The notes below the pieces were generated by a model, which saw only the letters and a program-made list of their open reading frames with translations, did no database searches and was not told the origin of the DNA. A DNA stretch of 64,000 nucleotides from Octopus bimaculoides. Lineage: Eukaryota. Every line of letters starts with the position of its first letter. The first letter of the stretch is position 1. Positions 27,460 to 41,922 of the stretch are shown here, piece by piece. The translations under genes were made by a program, and so were the position numbers. Location of the stretch: contig NC_068982.1 in the NCBI RefSeq assembly GCF_001194135.2, forward strand, positions 146,454,137-146,518,136, written 5' to 3'.

Positions 27460-27551
27460 TATCTTTCTGTATATGTATATACACAAACACACATGAACAG
27501 ACATAGACAGAAAGACAGACAGACAGATAAAATAGTTAGATAGATAGATAT

Positions 27552-27592
<41 letters not shown>

Positions 27593-27744
27593 CAGATAGA
27601 TAGATAGAGTCGTATTGTTGTCGCAACTTGTGTTTTGCGATCAAATATAATGCATTTTAGTTATTTCTTTTGTGCACCATGGCATCACCTATTTTTCCAA
27701 AGCTATCACATCTTTGCACACTGTACTATTTATTATTCTTATAA

Positions 27745-27915
<171 letters not shown>

Positions 27916-28228
27916 GTTTTTGTTGAACTTATACATTAAATCTCAGGAGATTTTCTTTGCATCACACCTCTGCAACCTTGTCACATGTGTATTAGATTTA
28001 AGCGTCGTTTTTTTTCAAGAGATTCTTCTTGTTTACACGAGTATTGTCTTGGGCGTGTTTCTGAGTGTGCGTTTGTGTGAATGTGTTTGTGCCTGCACCC
28101 TTATGCCTGTATGTTTATGTACGAACCTCAGCTTGTTCTGTGCTTTAAGTTAACAAACGAATGGTTATAAGGATAGATATATGCATAGAGAGATGATTTC
28201 AAATTTGGGGAAAGTTTTCTTTATTCTG

Positions 28229-28350
28229 CAGCAGCGGCAGCAGCAGCAGCTGGAGAAGAAGAAGAAGAAGAAGAAGAAGAAGAAGAAGAAGAAGAAGAAG
28301 AAGAAGAAGAAGAAGAAGAAGAAGAAGAAGAAGAAGAAGAAGAAGAAGAA
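28229..28350. repeat. (CAG)n-(GAA)n microsatellite
   Basis: About 7 CAG-like units followed by about 31 GAA units. Confidence 0.95.
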
Positions 28351-28834
28351 GATGTTGCGTGGATATGTATTAAAAGCTATTATCATAACATGAGAATTAT
28401 AATTAAACATACACATAGCTAACTTTTTCAGATAGGTGTTATATGAATCAACTTTGCGTTTGGCAAATTTGTCCAGCAGAAACATATGAAAGGTAATTTT
28501 ATATGATAGTTTTTATATGTACAGCAGTCTAAATAACGTTGTTTAGAAATAAAGAATTAGAAATTTTAGATAGATCTAATATCCCCTAGCGAGTGTGTGC
28601 CATCAAAAGTGTACAGCCTGCACTTTAGCTTACTATACCCATGAAAGACTTCATTCGATGAAAGCTAATAAAATCTAATTAATGTAATTAAAGCTATATT
28701 CACATCAGACTTTGATAGGGTGCATTTATATTCGATAGGACATAGAAGCCGCTTCACTATTTGAAACAGATATTTCCTTTATTGATATAACATTATTTTA
28801 AGCGGTTGAAAATTTGAGGTACACAAGGTTAAAT

Positions 28835-29010
28835 TAATCGCAGCCAATATTCATGGTCAGGACAAGCACTCTTGGTCTCAATTCCTCAACAGGACACTGC
28901 GTTGTATTCTTGAGAAAAACACTTCACCTGACGTTGCTCTGCGAGGACATCCATATCTAGCATGTGGTACACACAGATTACCTGTTCAGGTAACGTTGAC
29001 TTAATGGAGG
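28835..29010 (+). mobile_element. Degraded SINE
   Basis: GCGTTGTATTCTTGAGAAAAACACTT resembles the GTGTTGTCTCCTTGAGCAAGACACTT core of 54811-55107. Confidence 0.5.
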
Positions 29011-31887
29011 GAGTGAGCATATGTACAGCACATATATTTGATCACTATATGCAAATCACTTGTTTAAGTCTTTCCACAAAAACTGAACACACATACCCCC
29101 ATATTATATATATATACATACATACATACATATATATATANNNNNNNNNNCGCTTCCCAATCATTCTCTGGGGTGTTTTTTTACCACTAGACTGCGCTCG
29201 AAATTCACTCTCCTGTTGTAAAAGATGTGTGTGTGTGTATGTGTCTGCATATATATGGGGGTGCTATGGATAGTTAGAAGAAGCGAAAACACACAGAGAT
29301 AGATATGTGTGTATGTGTGCTTTTGTATAGATGTTTTGTCTGTTCTCCGGCAATTTTAGCATCATTTATACTTTACTGATTAGATTGTCCCTAACGGTTT
29401 GTAAATATTTCCTCTCATTCATATTGACATAAGAACAACATTTCATCGCTGGTGACTATGTAGTAGAAAAATCTGTGTGTCCCCACCCCATCATTTTTTG
29501 TTCGTTATTTTTTATACATTGTGAAGATAATATATTTGTGTAGAATGCTACTTCATCTCTAGCAAAATTTCCTCGCTATTACTGTAACTATACTCATAAA
29601 CATATTACAATACCAAAGCACAAAAGGAAGCAAATTATATTTTTACCAACAACTTACGCCAGCTTATTAATGATAAATAAACATAAGAATCCATTATTTG
29701 AGAATCTCAAAATGAACAAAAAATATTTTGTGTTTGCTTAATGAAGAAACTCGGTAATGGAATATTCGAAAAGACATCCCTACTAAGCGACAGCAACATA
29801 CTAAAAGAATTACTCTATGGATAAATAATACAAATATTATGATATAATCAGAAAGAAACATATCTTGAGTAACAACGTAATAAGCTTCTCATCATTTCTT
29901 ACGTGTTCACTCGGATGATTGTAAATCAAAGGGTCCTGATAGGTATATTCAGGACAATTTTTCGTAAGTACTTATCATTTATGTCATATCAGTTTGATAA
30001 TTTTATGAATGCCAATAACAGCAATATATAGAAGATCGTAAAATTAGCTCAACTATGCAGACCCTATTTTCACTTTTCTTTTTGTCCTGCAAAAGAAATA
30101 TTGAACATACTGTGAATTTATTTTGACAGAACACTCATAGTTAGAACGTGGAATGAACCTTTTCCTTGAGTATGGCAAGTAATAAATTGAAAAAATGGTG
30201 ATAGTGTGTTCGATGTTACTATTTGTGATCTTTTACAACTGTAACCCTAACAGTTGCCCAAGTCTATATCTATGAATACCCTTTGAGACTGACTGGCTTA
30301 TGTGCATAGTTTATCTTTGAAAGACGTAGATATTACCAAACTGCGTTTTGATGAAGTACAGTGAGAAATGAACTCAACGTAGGACATGCTATTTCGATTA
30401 GCAACTGTGACGCGTGGAATGCTAATTATATTTTCGTTATATATTCTACGAGGAACTATGATGCTACGATTACTTTTAAAAATAACAGTTGTTCTTAGGA
30501 CATCTGCTAGAACTTAAGTAAGAAACAGAGGTATCGTAACATTGTTTTATGCAGCGGATGAACCAAAAGATTCAGATTTATGGTATATTAAATTTTACTA
30601 TTTGTTTTCCAAGAGGAGAGAGAGATAAGTTAGAACATGATGTAAAAAATATTACAAACTACTAACACATATAGACGATTATGCATACAAGATGATGCCT
30701 CAGATGAATACTTGTAAAATGTATCAATGGGTGGAATATTATCATAAGTATAGATTGTCAAAAACAATTTGAAATATTTGAAGCTGTGTTTTAACAGTTT
30801 CAAAGAATAAAAAAAGTCTAAGAATAGACTGCTCTCAAGGTTTGATGAATAAAACCGAAATGAAAGAAAACGTATGTTGTACTTCCATATTCATTAATGG
30901 CGTGGAGCATTCCACAGGAATTCAGAACTACTCCTTACATTCGCATGCGAATCCAGATTGTTGCAGATCTTTAGATGTGCAGCCTTCATTACATGAACTG
31001 CTAGAGCTCATTTTCGACAGCATGAAATTAGAAACTACAAGAGTATTTAAAAGAGTATACTTTGAAAATCAGATACTTGGTGTATTCAGTTGTATTTCAG
31101 AAAATAGGTCTTCCATATGCACCACTGCAGATAATCTGGGAATAACAAGATAAACCTCACATAGTAGCTAATATCTATATTTGCGTTTACGCTGAGTTCC
31201 TACTATTAGTCCTTTAGAACTACTGCAAATCATTTTGAAATGTAGTCTGTGCATCTTTGCTATCATCTCTGTATCAAAGAAAATACTTGAGGGGAGATAA
31301 TTATTTTTAAAAATTACTATTTCCAACTGTACACCTTTGATGGAATGTATATCGATGGAGACATGCCTCACAACATATGTTGTATATATGCTAAGCAATA
31401 TGTGCCAGAGCTTCAGAAAATATAATACAAGTATGATTTGAATTTTGATCTTGCGTTATATCCGAATATAGGTACAAGTATGCATTCAAAGCCTTGATAG
31501 AATTGTTGGTGTGGTATTAAAGAGATCTTATGAATTATTGAACCACAATGTAGCATTGATGTCAAGTATACATAAGCTTCAGGAGCACTTTGGCAACCAT
31601 TGAGGTTTACTGAAATAAGTGGTTCATTGTGAAAATGAATTGCCGATACAGATTAAGAATACTTAAAGTAGTCAGAAGTGAACAGAGGTCAGAAGACTAC
31701 ATTCATTCAATGCCTTACTACAAATCGCACAGATTATTCTGCTTGAGATGTAACGTTCTTTAATTTCCAACAGCATTGTTTAGAATAGATTGATCAAAAT
31801 AGACAAAAGCAATGCACGGACATCAACTCAAATAATCTCCTTTAAGATCTCTTGAATTTGTGAAAAATATCATATGAGTACGATTTT

Positions 31888-31995
31888 GCTGCAGTTATCT
31901 TCACTACATGAATTAAAGGACAGAAATACCAAAAGTACAAGTAATTAATTATAAGAAGCGCTTTATAGTACGTACTGATTATGGTGATGGAAAAC
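31888..31995 (+). repeat. 108-bp direct repeat, copy 1
   Basis: 107/108 identical to 32877-32984. Confidence 0.95.
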
Positions 31996-32876
31996 GGATT
32001 TATATATATATTAATTTGTAACTTATTCTACACATATTCCACCCCTCTTAATTAAATATTGTTGGTTTATAAGTATATAAGTCCGTCAAACTTACAGTTA
32101 CCTAACAAATTACAGTTACCTGACAACGATTATAAATAGTTGAAAAGTGTGTTATCACTGAATTGCACACTTCCTGTCAATGAAATGGAACTTCCCATAT
32201 CCAACTCATTACTGGGTGACTACACCAAATACATCGGAATGTTTTGATCTCACCACCAAATATTAACAAAAAACATAGAAAAATTCTTTACAGAAAGATC
32301 AAACTCTATGTCACGCTTTTAACATCTTAATGCAAGCCATATGCTTCTTCAACCTAATATTAAATATATATTTGATCATTTGGCTGTTCTGGAAGGAAAA
32401 ATTATTTCCAAATTTCTATTAAGTGTATGGAAGCATGTTTGCATCAATAACAGTTAACTTTACAAAAGTTCTCGCACTGGTCTACAAATGGTGTATATTT
32501 CATTCACTTTTTCTATTTCAATTTCCATCGACATATATTCTGGTTGTAGTTGTAATATCAACAATGAAGTCGCAAATACAATTCACTACTGTAGTTTTAT
32601 ATTTTTGATTGAATCACTAAAAACGTCGCGGTGTGTATTTTACGATGTTGATCTCAATTTGCATTGTCTGTTGTTGTTTAAATGATTTGCCTTCTGAAGG
32701 CAAGAATCGGCAGCCACATTGTGGTTTCAAGACTATTGACAGAGGCTATCGTGAAAATATCAAAGCTCTCCTCTTCATTTTGGAAGAATTTGATGAAACT
32801 GAAAATTAATTCAGTATTCAACTAGAGAAACGAGAGGAACGTTATAAAGTGTTGATTTTGTGGTACGTGATTTTGT

Positions 32877-32984
32877 GCTGCAGTTATCTTCACTACATGA
32901 ATTAAAGGACAGAAATACCAAAAGTACAAGTGATTAATTATAAGAAGCGCTTTATAGTACGTACTGATTATGGTGATGGAAAAC
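32877..32984 (+). repeat. 108-bp direct repeat, copy 2
   Basis: 107/108 identical to 31888-31995. Confidence 0.95.
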
Positions 32985-34229
32985 AAGATACTAAAATTAA
33001 TCTTCCAATTGATGTTTTATTTCTATCGAATCAAAATCAAATGATCGATCGTTGGAAGCCTAGATCCTGCACCTTTCTCAGATAGAGCAATAATTTTCCA
33101 ACGTTGCTCTTGTTAATTTCCTAAAAGAGAAAAGTATCAGCACACCAGAGTGCAAAACAGTCACAAAAACTTCCACGCGTTCGATAACGATGGTACTTTG
33201 TACAATTATCTCTGAGCAATTGCGAAAACTTCAATAGACTTAATGGATTTGCAAAGGGAAAAAAATCAGGATAAACCAACGATATAAACGTATGATTTAA
33301 GGTGATGCTGTTACAGAAAATGAGCATTAAGACAACATGTCATTGTTCCAAGAATTAAACTGACACCGCTCTGCCATTTATCCTTTTATGATACTAGTTC
33401 ACAGCTCGCGCGGCTTTTGCAAAGATATTAAATGAATTTTAATGGGTGATACAGAGCAAAGTAGACCTGTTGTTCACAAGTGATATACATTGATATTTTA
33501 AAATTTTACAACACCCTCTTTCTCCCAAAATATCATCAAGATAATATACTGTATATATCGAATTCTGAAAACTCAACTTCTTTACTAACAGAATAATTAA
33601 TGCAGCGTCTTTTTAAATACAGTGTTACGGGGTTATTATCTTTAATTTATTTTGTATTTCATTATGCAGTAAATGTGTGTATGTATATAAACGCATGCAT
33701 ACATACACATAAAAACGTACACAGACACACAGGCATACACACACACATACGCATATATATATAGATAGACAGACAGACAGACAGATAGATAGATAGAAAG
33801 ATAGATAGATACACACACATACATACATATATATATACATATATGTTCATATGATGATATCTTCACAATGTGTTGATGATGAGAAAAACATGTAATCGTT
33901 ACCAATATAGCAAGAGATTTCACTTCAAAGGGTCTAAAGTAGACTCCTTAAGGATCGTTCTCCTTGGTTATATATCCAAAATTTTTAATTTTAAATTTTA
34001 AATTTTGTATATATATATAGTACAATATTGATAATAAGCAAAATGAAGAGCTGGAACATTCAAACTTTATGTTTATTTCCAGTAGGTTTATTTATAATAA
34101 TAGTCCAATGCGTGATTTGTTTTATTTAAATAATGAAACGTATTAGTTTAAATAAGTTCAATAATGTTTCTCTCCAAACTACTAGATTAACTATAGTAAT
34201 AAAGACGCTTATAAACGATATAAGGATAG

Positions 34230-34860
34230 AATTCAATTGTGGTACATGCTCATACCTAACTGAAGGCTCGGAATTCACACTCCAGCAAGGAGAAAAATTC
34301 TCAATTAAGACCAAATTCACATGTGCTTCCCAGAACCTTATCTATGTCCTAACCTGCTCAGGATGTGGCCACAATTATGTGGGTCAAACGAGCTACTTTG
34401 AGACGCAGAGTCACGCTGCATAAAAACCAGATTCGTTTTCCCCAGTACAGGCAGATAGCCCTGAATGAACATATCGACAGTTGCGCAAGAAATAAAACGC
34501 CGAATTTCCATATCTTTCCATGATACCAATGCAAGGATTCAATCTCCTTACAAGACCGCCGAAACAAGGAAAACCTGTTCATACAAAAGTACAGACCACA
34601 CCTTAATATACAAACTTGACCACTTCAAAAATTATACTGAAGAGTTAGTTGTCCCCCTTGCCACCTCCTACCTCCCTTGGTCCACGTCCACTCTCTAGAC
34701 TCATTCTTATCTTTCAAGCATCCAAAATGGCGAAACCCCTTTGTCAAAAGAATTGATTACTACGCAATGTCCCTTGAAATGCTAATGTAAATAGCGAAAA
34801 CCGGTTGGATATCATTACATCCATAAAATATGTATATTTTATGGATGTAATGAGTAAATA
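34230..34860 (+). mobile_element. Penelope-like element 3' fragment: Cys-rich linker and GIY-YIG endonuclease pseudogene, plus tail
   Basis: NCGTCSYL...FTCASQNLIYVLTCSGCGHNYVGQT [frameshift] LRRRVTLHKNQI...EHIDSC...ENLFIQKYRPHLN; stop at 34617-34619. The conserved Y, YxG, R, H, E and N residues are present. Confidence 0.92.
34767..34812 (+). ncRNA. Degraded minimal hammerhead-like motif in the PLE tail
   Basis: Stem I AUGUCC/GGAUAU, stem II GCUA/UAGC, GAAAA-CCGG-UU; the core CUUGAAAU is disrupted by indels. Confidence 0.45.
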
Positions 34861-34874
34861 TTCAAATGAATACT

Positions 34875-34882
34875 CGTAAAGA

Positions 34883-34918
<36 letters not shown>

Positions 34919-35045
34919 CATTATTATTATTATTATTATCATTATTTTTATTATCGTCGTCATCATCATCAGCATCATCATCATCATCATCATCAACATT
35001 ATTATTATTATTATTATTATTACTATTATTATTATTATTATCAGC
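34875..35045. repeat. Compound (ATT)/(ATC) microsatellite
   Basis: Direct reading. Confidence 0.9.
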
Positions 35046-35767
35046 AGTAAATCCAGTAAATCTGAACAATTGATAACAATAACAATAACATTTGTGACAT
35101 GAAGCGATATTAGCATTAAACAGCTATACAATAAATTCATAATTATATCAGTGGCTCCCCGAAGCAGCAACTTGCTAGAGAGTGGAAGTTTGCATATTTT
35201 CAGTGAGATTGGTGGTTAAGCTGGGGGTTCTTACTTCCACTTTCTATCAAGCTGGTGCTTCGTGTACACTCTAATATAATTATGAATACATACATAATTT
35301 CTTTTAAATCTTAAGAACCTTATTTTCTACTTCTGCATACGTTCGACACTTTTATTATCGGAATGAAGCCTTACGATTCTACAACTCTTGCAATGCATTA
35401 TTTATTTCGTCAAAAGCCAGGCAAGCCTTTGACGAAACAGATGAAAGTATTGAAACTACTGTACATTTATAAGGCTACCCACAGTTAGTAAAACATATTT
35501 CAATGCTGCACCATTAAAGCATTAAATATTTTGTTGAGTGATGATCTACTTGAAAAACTAGAATGTGATATATAACATATACAGGAATGTTTATCACAAC
35601 TGAATCGATTTGATGCGTAAAAATATTTAGCAAGGAAAGGAAGGTATAAATTATTGAGATCGTATGGACTCCTGGTCCATGATTTAGTTATTTGATACGT
35701 TGTACACAGTCCTATTCTCTTTATACACTGATAGACATTTATTGTGCGATAAATTATTGGAAGCCTT

Positions 35768-36168
35768 GCTGGAGTGGCTTTGTGTTAAGTCACTTGCTTA
35801 CCAACAACATGGTTCTAGGTTCAGTCCCACTGTGTGACACCCTGGGTAAGTGTCTTCTTCTACAGCCTCGGGCCGACCAAAGCCTTTTGAATGAATTTGG
35901 CAGACGTAAACTGAAATAAGTGCGTGTATGCGCGCGCATGTGTGTTTGTGTGAGTGTGTGTGTGAGTGCTTGCGTGCGTTTGTGTGTCTGTGTTTGTTCC
36001 TCCAGTATTGCTTGACAACCGATGCTGGTGTGTTTACGTCCCTATAACTTAGTGGTAGAATAAGTACTAGGCTTACAAAGAATAAGTCCTGGGGTCGATT
36101 TGCTCGACTAATGGCGGTGCTCCAGCATGGCCGCAGTCAAATGACTGAACCAGATAAAAGAATGAAAG
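35768..36168 (+). mobile_element. Near full-length tRNA-derived SINE family B
   Basis: B-box-like GGTTCAGTCCC, CORE-like CACCCTGGGTAAGTGTC, internal (TG)n and the family tail; 6 other partial copies in the window. Confidence 0.92.
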
Positions 36169-39100
36169 ATTGATAAACCTCAATCGTTCAATCCTTCTTT
36201 AATACAAAACATAGTTTCGTCAAAATATCACGCAAAAGGAATTAACTATTGTTTTCAACGACTAAAATGAAATACCAACGGATTTAAAGAACTACAACCC
36301 TTTTAATATACTATATAATAGCAAAGAATTATCTGCTATAACAGCGGGAACACTGTGCACCGTATCGAGCTGCACGAATTGATATCTAGGAGACAACAGT
36401 AGTGGGGGCATAAAGGAAATTTTTAACTATCTGGTATTTCTTTGTAAATGTTACTGTAAGATTAACAAATTGAAGAATTCAATAATGTTACTAAATATAA
36501 CAAACATTCGATATTGAATGTTATATTATTCATTTGTGGAATAAACTCAATCATCATAAAAATGAAATGTTAATGAAAATTTCCAATGAAGCTCTAGATG
36601 TAATAGCAGAGCAACAAGAGAGGCGCAACAGACCATTTAATAAAGAACGAATTTAGAATTGAAATGAGAGAAAATTAAACACACCGAAGCAACAAACCAA
36701 GTACAGGAACGGAAAACAGGAAAATATATTAAACGAATAATAAAAAGAAATTGCAATACTTTAAGGGAAAGAAAATCAAATAAAACAATAAAAACTATTG
36801 AATACACACAAAAAAAGTCTTAATATGATCACACCATTAAGAAAGGTTGTGAAGCTAAAGAAATTACTGTAAGGATAGATCAACAAGCGAAAGCAAAAGA
36901 TGAAGAATATAAATGTTTCAAATTTAGAAAAATGTATTCGCAGAATATTAAGGAGTTAAACATATTAAAGTAAGAAAATATAGAAACAAAGTAACACAAT
37001 TGCTAAACTTGTTTTTTGAAAAGACATGAAGTAGAAAAATGAATGTGTGTGTATGTGTGTGCGTGTATCTATGTAAATATATATGTATATGTAAAGACAT
37101 ATGCATATATATGTATATATAAATGAATGTGTGCATATATACATATATATATATATATATGAAAGTATATATGTATATACACATATATGTGTATATATAT
37201 ATATATGTATATATAAATGAATGTGTGCATATATACATATATATATATATATACACACAACTGTGTGCGTGTGTGTATACAATCGCACGTACACACAGTC
37301 ATATAACATTCTGGGAAATGAGATTCTTGATGAAAACCATTGAAGTAAATAAACTTCAGAAGGTTTACATAAAATATTTACAACATTTGCATACTTGTGT
37401 GTCAAACTTCCAGGACGATTAACATTTCAAATAGATTCTATCACGGCCTATGTGACATACAATTCATCGATAGCAAGATAATATTTTTATCTTCAATGGT
37501 AAACAATATCTATTAATTTAAATTCATCGTTTATCACTATTATCATGACATAAATAACAATTAAGGTGTTCTCCATTTTTTAAAAATAAATATTTCCCTG
37601 TTAAATGATAAAATTACTGAATGAACTATCGTAAGTATATAACTTAATGGCAGTAATTGCTCCAAAACTAAATTACAATGCAATATTCAGCAATTGTTAT
37701 CAAACTATATTTTATACAATAAATCACAAAATAAAGCATTATATAGCATACTTGTATTTCGAGCTGGGCCTTTTTGTAAATACATTCGATCAATTTACCA
37801 TTTCTTATGAAATATTACGCATTCAACTCTTGGTTAACTACTATCTTCCCATTTAGCGTTAGAACTTGAAATAATTATTTTATGTCCTGTATGAAGCTAT
37901 AAAGAAAAAAAGTTAGCATTCCCAACAAAATAAACTGTCAGAGTTCAACTGAATTGTAACAAAGAAGCTAAGACGTATACAATACAAACATTTTTTACCG
38001 AGCCTGATTATTAAGAGAAATTGCATTGCTTAAATTTAAGCTGAAAAGACTATTTTATAGGTTGCTATGAGCTAACAATGACAATATTGTAACTAAGGAA
38101 AATGATCATTGTAACAACAACAAAAAAATGGTTGGGTAATGCATTTCGACACCAACAAATGAAATTCACAATTCTAGTTGCATTTTTTTTTTATATTTGT
38201 GATTGACGTTTAATTGTTCATTATAATTGTACTTAAGTTTTTGACACCGATAAATGTCAAAATATCATCCACTATATTAAAATATATTAATTCATTCTTT
38301 CATAAGCATGTCTACTCAACTAACAGCAACAAAAGCAATAAGAAAAACGTCGATTTAAATCAACTCAATTACGACCAAGGCATATATGGGATAATTGTAT
38401 ACAGTGAAAGTATCAGGTTTTAAAATTCCATGGCTAGCTTGTACAAAAGCAGTACACAATCATAATTCTGATTGTTGCCTTTAGTCAATTTTGATAGATG
38501 GTGAAAACTTTATGGTAGATGTATAATCGCTTTAAAGAGTTAATCAACTAAGTGTTCCATATTAATAGTGAACGCAAATGGTATCAGTGCTGTTGTATCT
38601 CATATTTTCTGGCACAAATTCAAGCGCAGTCTAAAACTTTGTCCCTGAATCTGTAAGATAGCATCCATCATATTCAATATGGCGCCAACAAAATAAATAT
38701 TACCGTTAATAAAATATAACTGCGTTAACAGTGTTTTGTAGACATACTATTCTGTGCTATAAAATATATCTTTAAATTTGACCAAATACTGTCTGCAATG
38801 GACATATGTAAGCACTCTAGTTTCTACATAGAGTATATTCGTGGGAAGAAACAGAAGGACCAGACTGAATTCTATGTGGCGATGTTATCAGAGTACACTC
38901 AGTAACTTATCACAAGGACATTGTCTATAAACTCTTTAAGGAGGGTAACTTATCCCGATAGAACAACAAAAGGATTGAATTTGCTCTGTAAATCGTCTTT
39001 ATTATTATCTACGAAATTCTGTACATACATATCAACTGCATGTCTCAGACAATTAAACACAGTGTTGATTAAAATGTATTATTATTACTATATGGTAAAG

Positions 39101-40070
39101 AACAGAAATATCATTAAGCTTCTAGCTGTTTAGTTCCATGTCAGTTCTAGTTGAGTAGACCTACGTTCCAGTCTATTCCCAATGAAGACCACCCCGTCTT
39201 TTATTAATGTATAGAACTACACTCTCCTTAAGACAGTAGTGTATAATTTGAGGGAGGTTTGGCTTCTATTTTTAACAGGTCGAGAAATACCGTTCGAATA
39301 TTTTGCTTCGTTAATTTTGTCGATGTTATGTCGCTATTACTGCTGCAGATTTTGTTTTCCTTTCCATTGCTATGATTGTTGTTATTATTGTTGGAGCTAT
39401 TGTTGTTGACATAAACACCAGATCAGCCTTGAATGAGATATGGAAGGTTTCAAACTGTGACAATCTGTTTTTAGTTTGAGTAAAATGTAAGTAGACATTT
39501 TAAAAACTATAAATCTAGCCGCTATTTCTAGCAGATCGATTAAACGAGTGTTATTAGTTTCCTATTTATTTAGCATCACTACTACAATGCTTGTTTTTCA
39601 TTATTACCATGCACGTACCATTGATCACATTTCGGCCTTTAACCACTACACCCCATTCCCCTTACCAACCACCCTACTATCCTGTCGCTCCAAAGCATCA
39701 TCCTCCGCCTCTTTCACCGCTTAGAGTTTAACTCTGCTACTTCTTACTTCTTCCTGCTATCATTCAATCGTTCCTCCAAGTGCGCCCACTATAATTTTGT
39801 CTTAATGGAGGAAACCGACCGTCAGCTAGTGAACCTCAGCGATTTCCGATTTGGTAACGGACCACTTGTATCTCGATATCTTCATTTCGTTTAATCTCTT
39901 TTGATATTCAGTGAGATTACCACTACCTGATCAATCACAATTCGACGCCAGTGAGAAGGGAAGCTCATTTTCTGTCTCCAAACTTATACACCTTTCGGTC
40001 TGAATACGCTACCTCGATTTCTAATTTACTTTTTCTCTCAAGATGCTCAATCATTATGCAACCTATCCAT

Positions 40071-40177
<107 letters not shown>

Positions 40178-40619
40178 GACACCGTTTCCATCGAATGACC
40201 TCACTCCCTCGCCTCTACCTATTTCTCATCTCACACCATTCTCAAGATCACTCACACAACCTAAACACACCAGCATTGTACACATACATATCCATTCTCA
40301 TTTACCCCTCACCACCACACAAGCATTCACACACTTCATCTCTTCTACCATCTTGTTCCTTTGACACACTCACGTTCATAAACACGTTCGCGGACACGAA
40401 TCACCACACAACGTCTCGTTGCCGCACGCATACCCACAGATACGTATACCTCCCATTCACTCATTTACATATCACAATTCACTCATTTGCATATCACCAT
40501 TCATACACATTCTGTGTCTTTGATGCATACACACATACTAATATTACTCATACCTCATGTGCTCATACACATTCCTTCCAGTTCTAAACGCACACGCATA
40601 CATATACATAAACACTGGG

Positions 40620-40827
40620 AGAAAGTTAAAGAAGTGATTTTGAATTCCCAAACGCAGGATAATGCTAATAATATAGCCTGAACAAGATAAGCTACCCCTA
40701 TTGTGAAGAAAAAAAGTGTAGGGCCGCCTACACTTTTTTCCGCAAAATAGGGGTAGCTTATCCTGTTCAGGCTATATTATTAGCATTATCCTGCGTTTGA
40801 GAATTTAAATCACGTCTGTAATTTTCT
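40620..40827. repeat. 208-bp fold-back palindrome (MITE-like, no clear TSD)
   Basis: Arms of about 100 bp pair around a 4-nt GCCG loop (40723-40726) with scattered mismatches. Confidence 0.9.
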
Positions 40828-41296
40828 AAGACATGTCAACGCTTCTAAAAGCAAACTTCGTTTGTTTACGTTCATCATAATTTGAATTTAACTGGAAGAA
40901 AAATATGCGACTACGCACACACACAGAAACATATACAGACACATACACACACACGTGAACTCTCTCTCTCTCTCTCATACCACCACCCACCACCCTCTAC
41001 CACTTCCGCTTTCGTTGACATCTGCGTTTCACACCATTCTATTTGCTCTTTAGATTGAGCTGCATACAATATTTCCGAGTTCTCTGAACTCGCAATTTTC
41101 TCTCACCGTAATTACTTTTGTTCATACTTTCCTTCCATTTAACAGAATCTTACGTTCATAGCCACCTTACACACTTTTCTCACACCCTCCATATTCCTCT
41201 TAACTTTCCCTTTTACTTTAACTTCGCACCGCTTTCACCTCATCAGCTTTCCGAGTTCCTCAAACGCAGATAACGCTTTCACACACACACACATAC

Positions 41297-41348
<52 letters not shown>

Positions 41349-41361
41349 CAATATATATATT

Positions 41362-41626
41362 GAACTCACCCGTGGAAGTCGGCGTATGAGAGTGTTCATC
41401 TCTTGCCGACCTGCATGAATGATTTGTTTATAGTGATCAAATGTTTATGCCATACATTAGCTCTCTGTCTCCATCAGATCGACGTTGTCTGAATAGTTGC
41501 ACGGTGTACCACGCGTTAAGTATCGAAGCGATCGCAGAGAAACGTAAAGAATTCCTAGATAATGCACCACTGGTCTAGGAATTGAAATCACTGCAACACC
41601 CTAACCACTAAGCCATGCACCCTCAC
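41362..41626 (-). mobile_element. tRNA-derived SINE (another family), diverged
   Basis: Reverse complement starts GTGAGGGTGCATGGCTTAGTGGTTAGGGTG (A-box-like) with a B-box-like GATTTCAATTCC. Confidence 0.65.
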
Positions 41627-41889
41627 TATATATATATATTGTTGCTATTATGCAAAAGTGTCGTAAGTTCAAATCGTTGCTTTTTCAGAAAACGGAAAGA
41701 AAGAGTTTCACTTTTCCATAGCAAAACAATTGTACTACACTGACAATATTTGATATCTTGGCATCTGAAGCAGTTGTAGATACGATAGTTTGACCCAAAA
41801 ATAACGGTTATTGCAAACAAAAATAAATATTGAAAAAAGAACGTATTTGGCCAAATTTCAACATACGACATTTTAACATAATGGCAACG

Positions 41890-41922
<33 letters not shown>

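Noticed and set aside
35405-35437. 10-bp hairpin TTTCGTCAAA/TTTGACGAAA
   Set aside because: A few stems of this size are expected by chance in 64 kb of AT-rich DNA.
39600-40070. Possible LINE endonuclease remnant on the minus strand
   Set aside because: Similarity is too weak to support a call.
41281-41346. (CA)n directly followed by (TG)n
   Set aside because: Simple-repeat juxtaposition, possibly an assembly join; no further structure.
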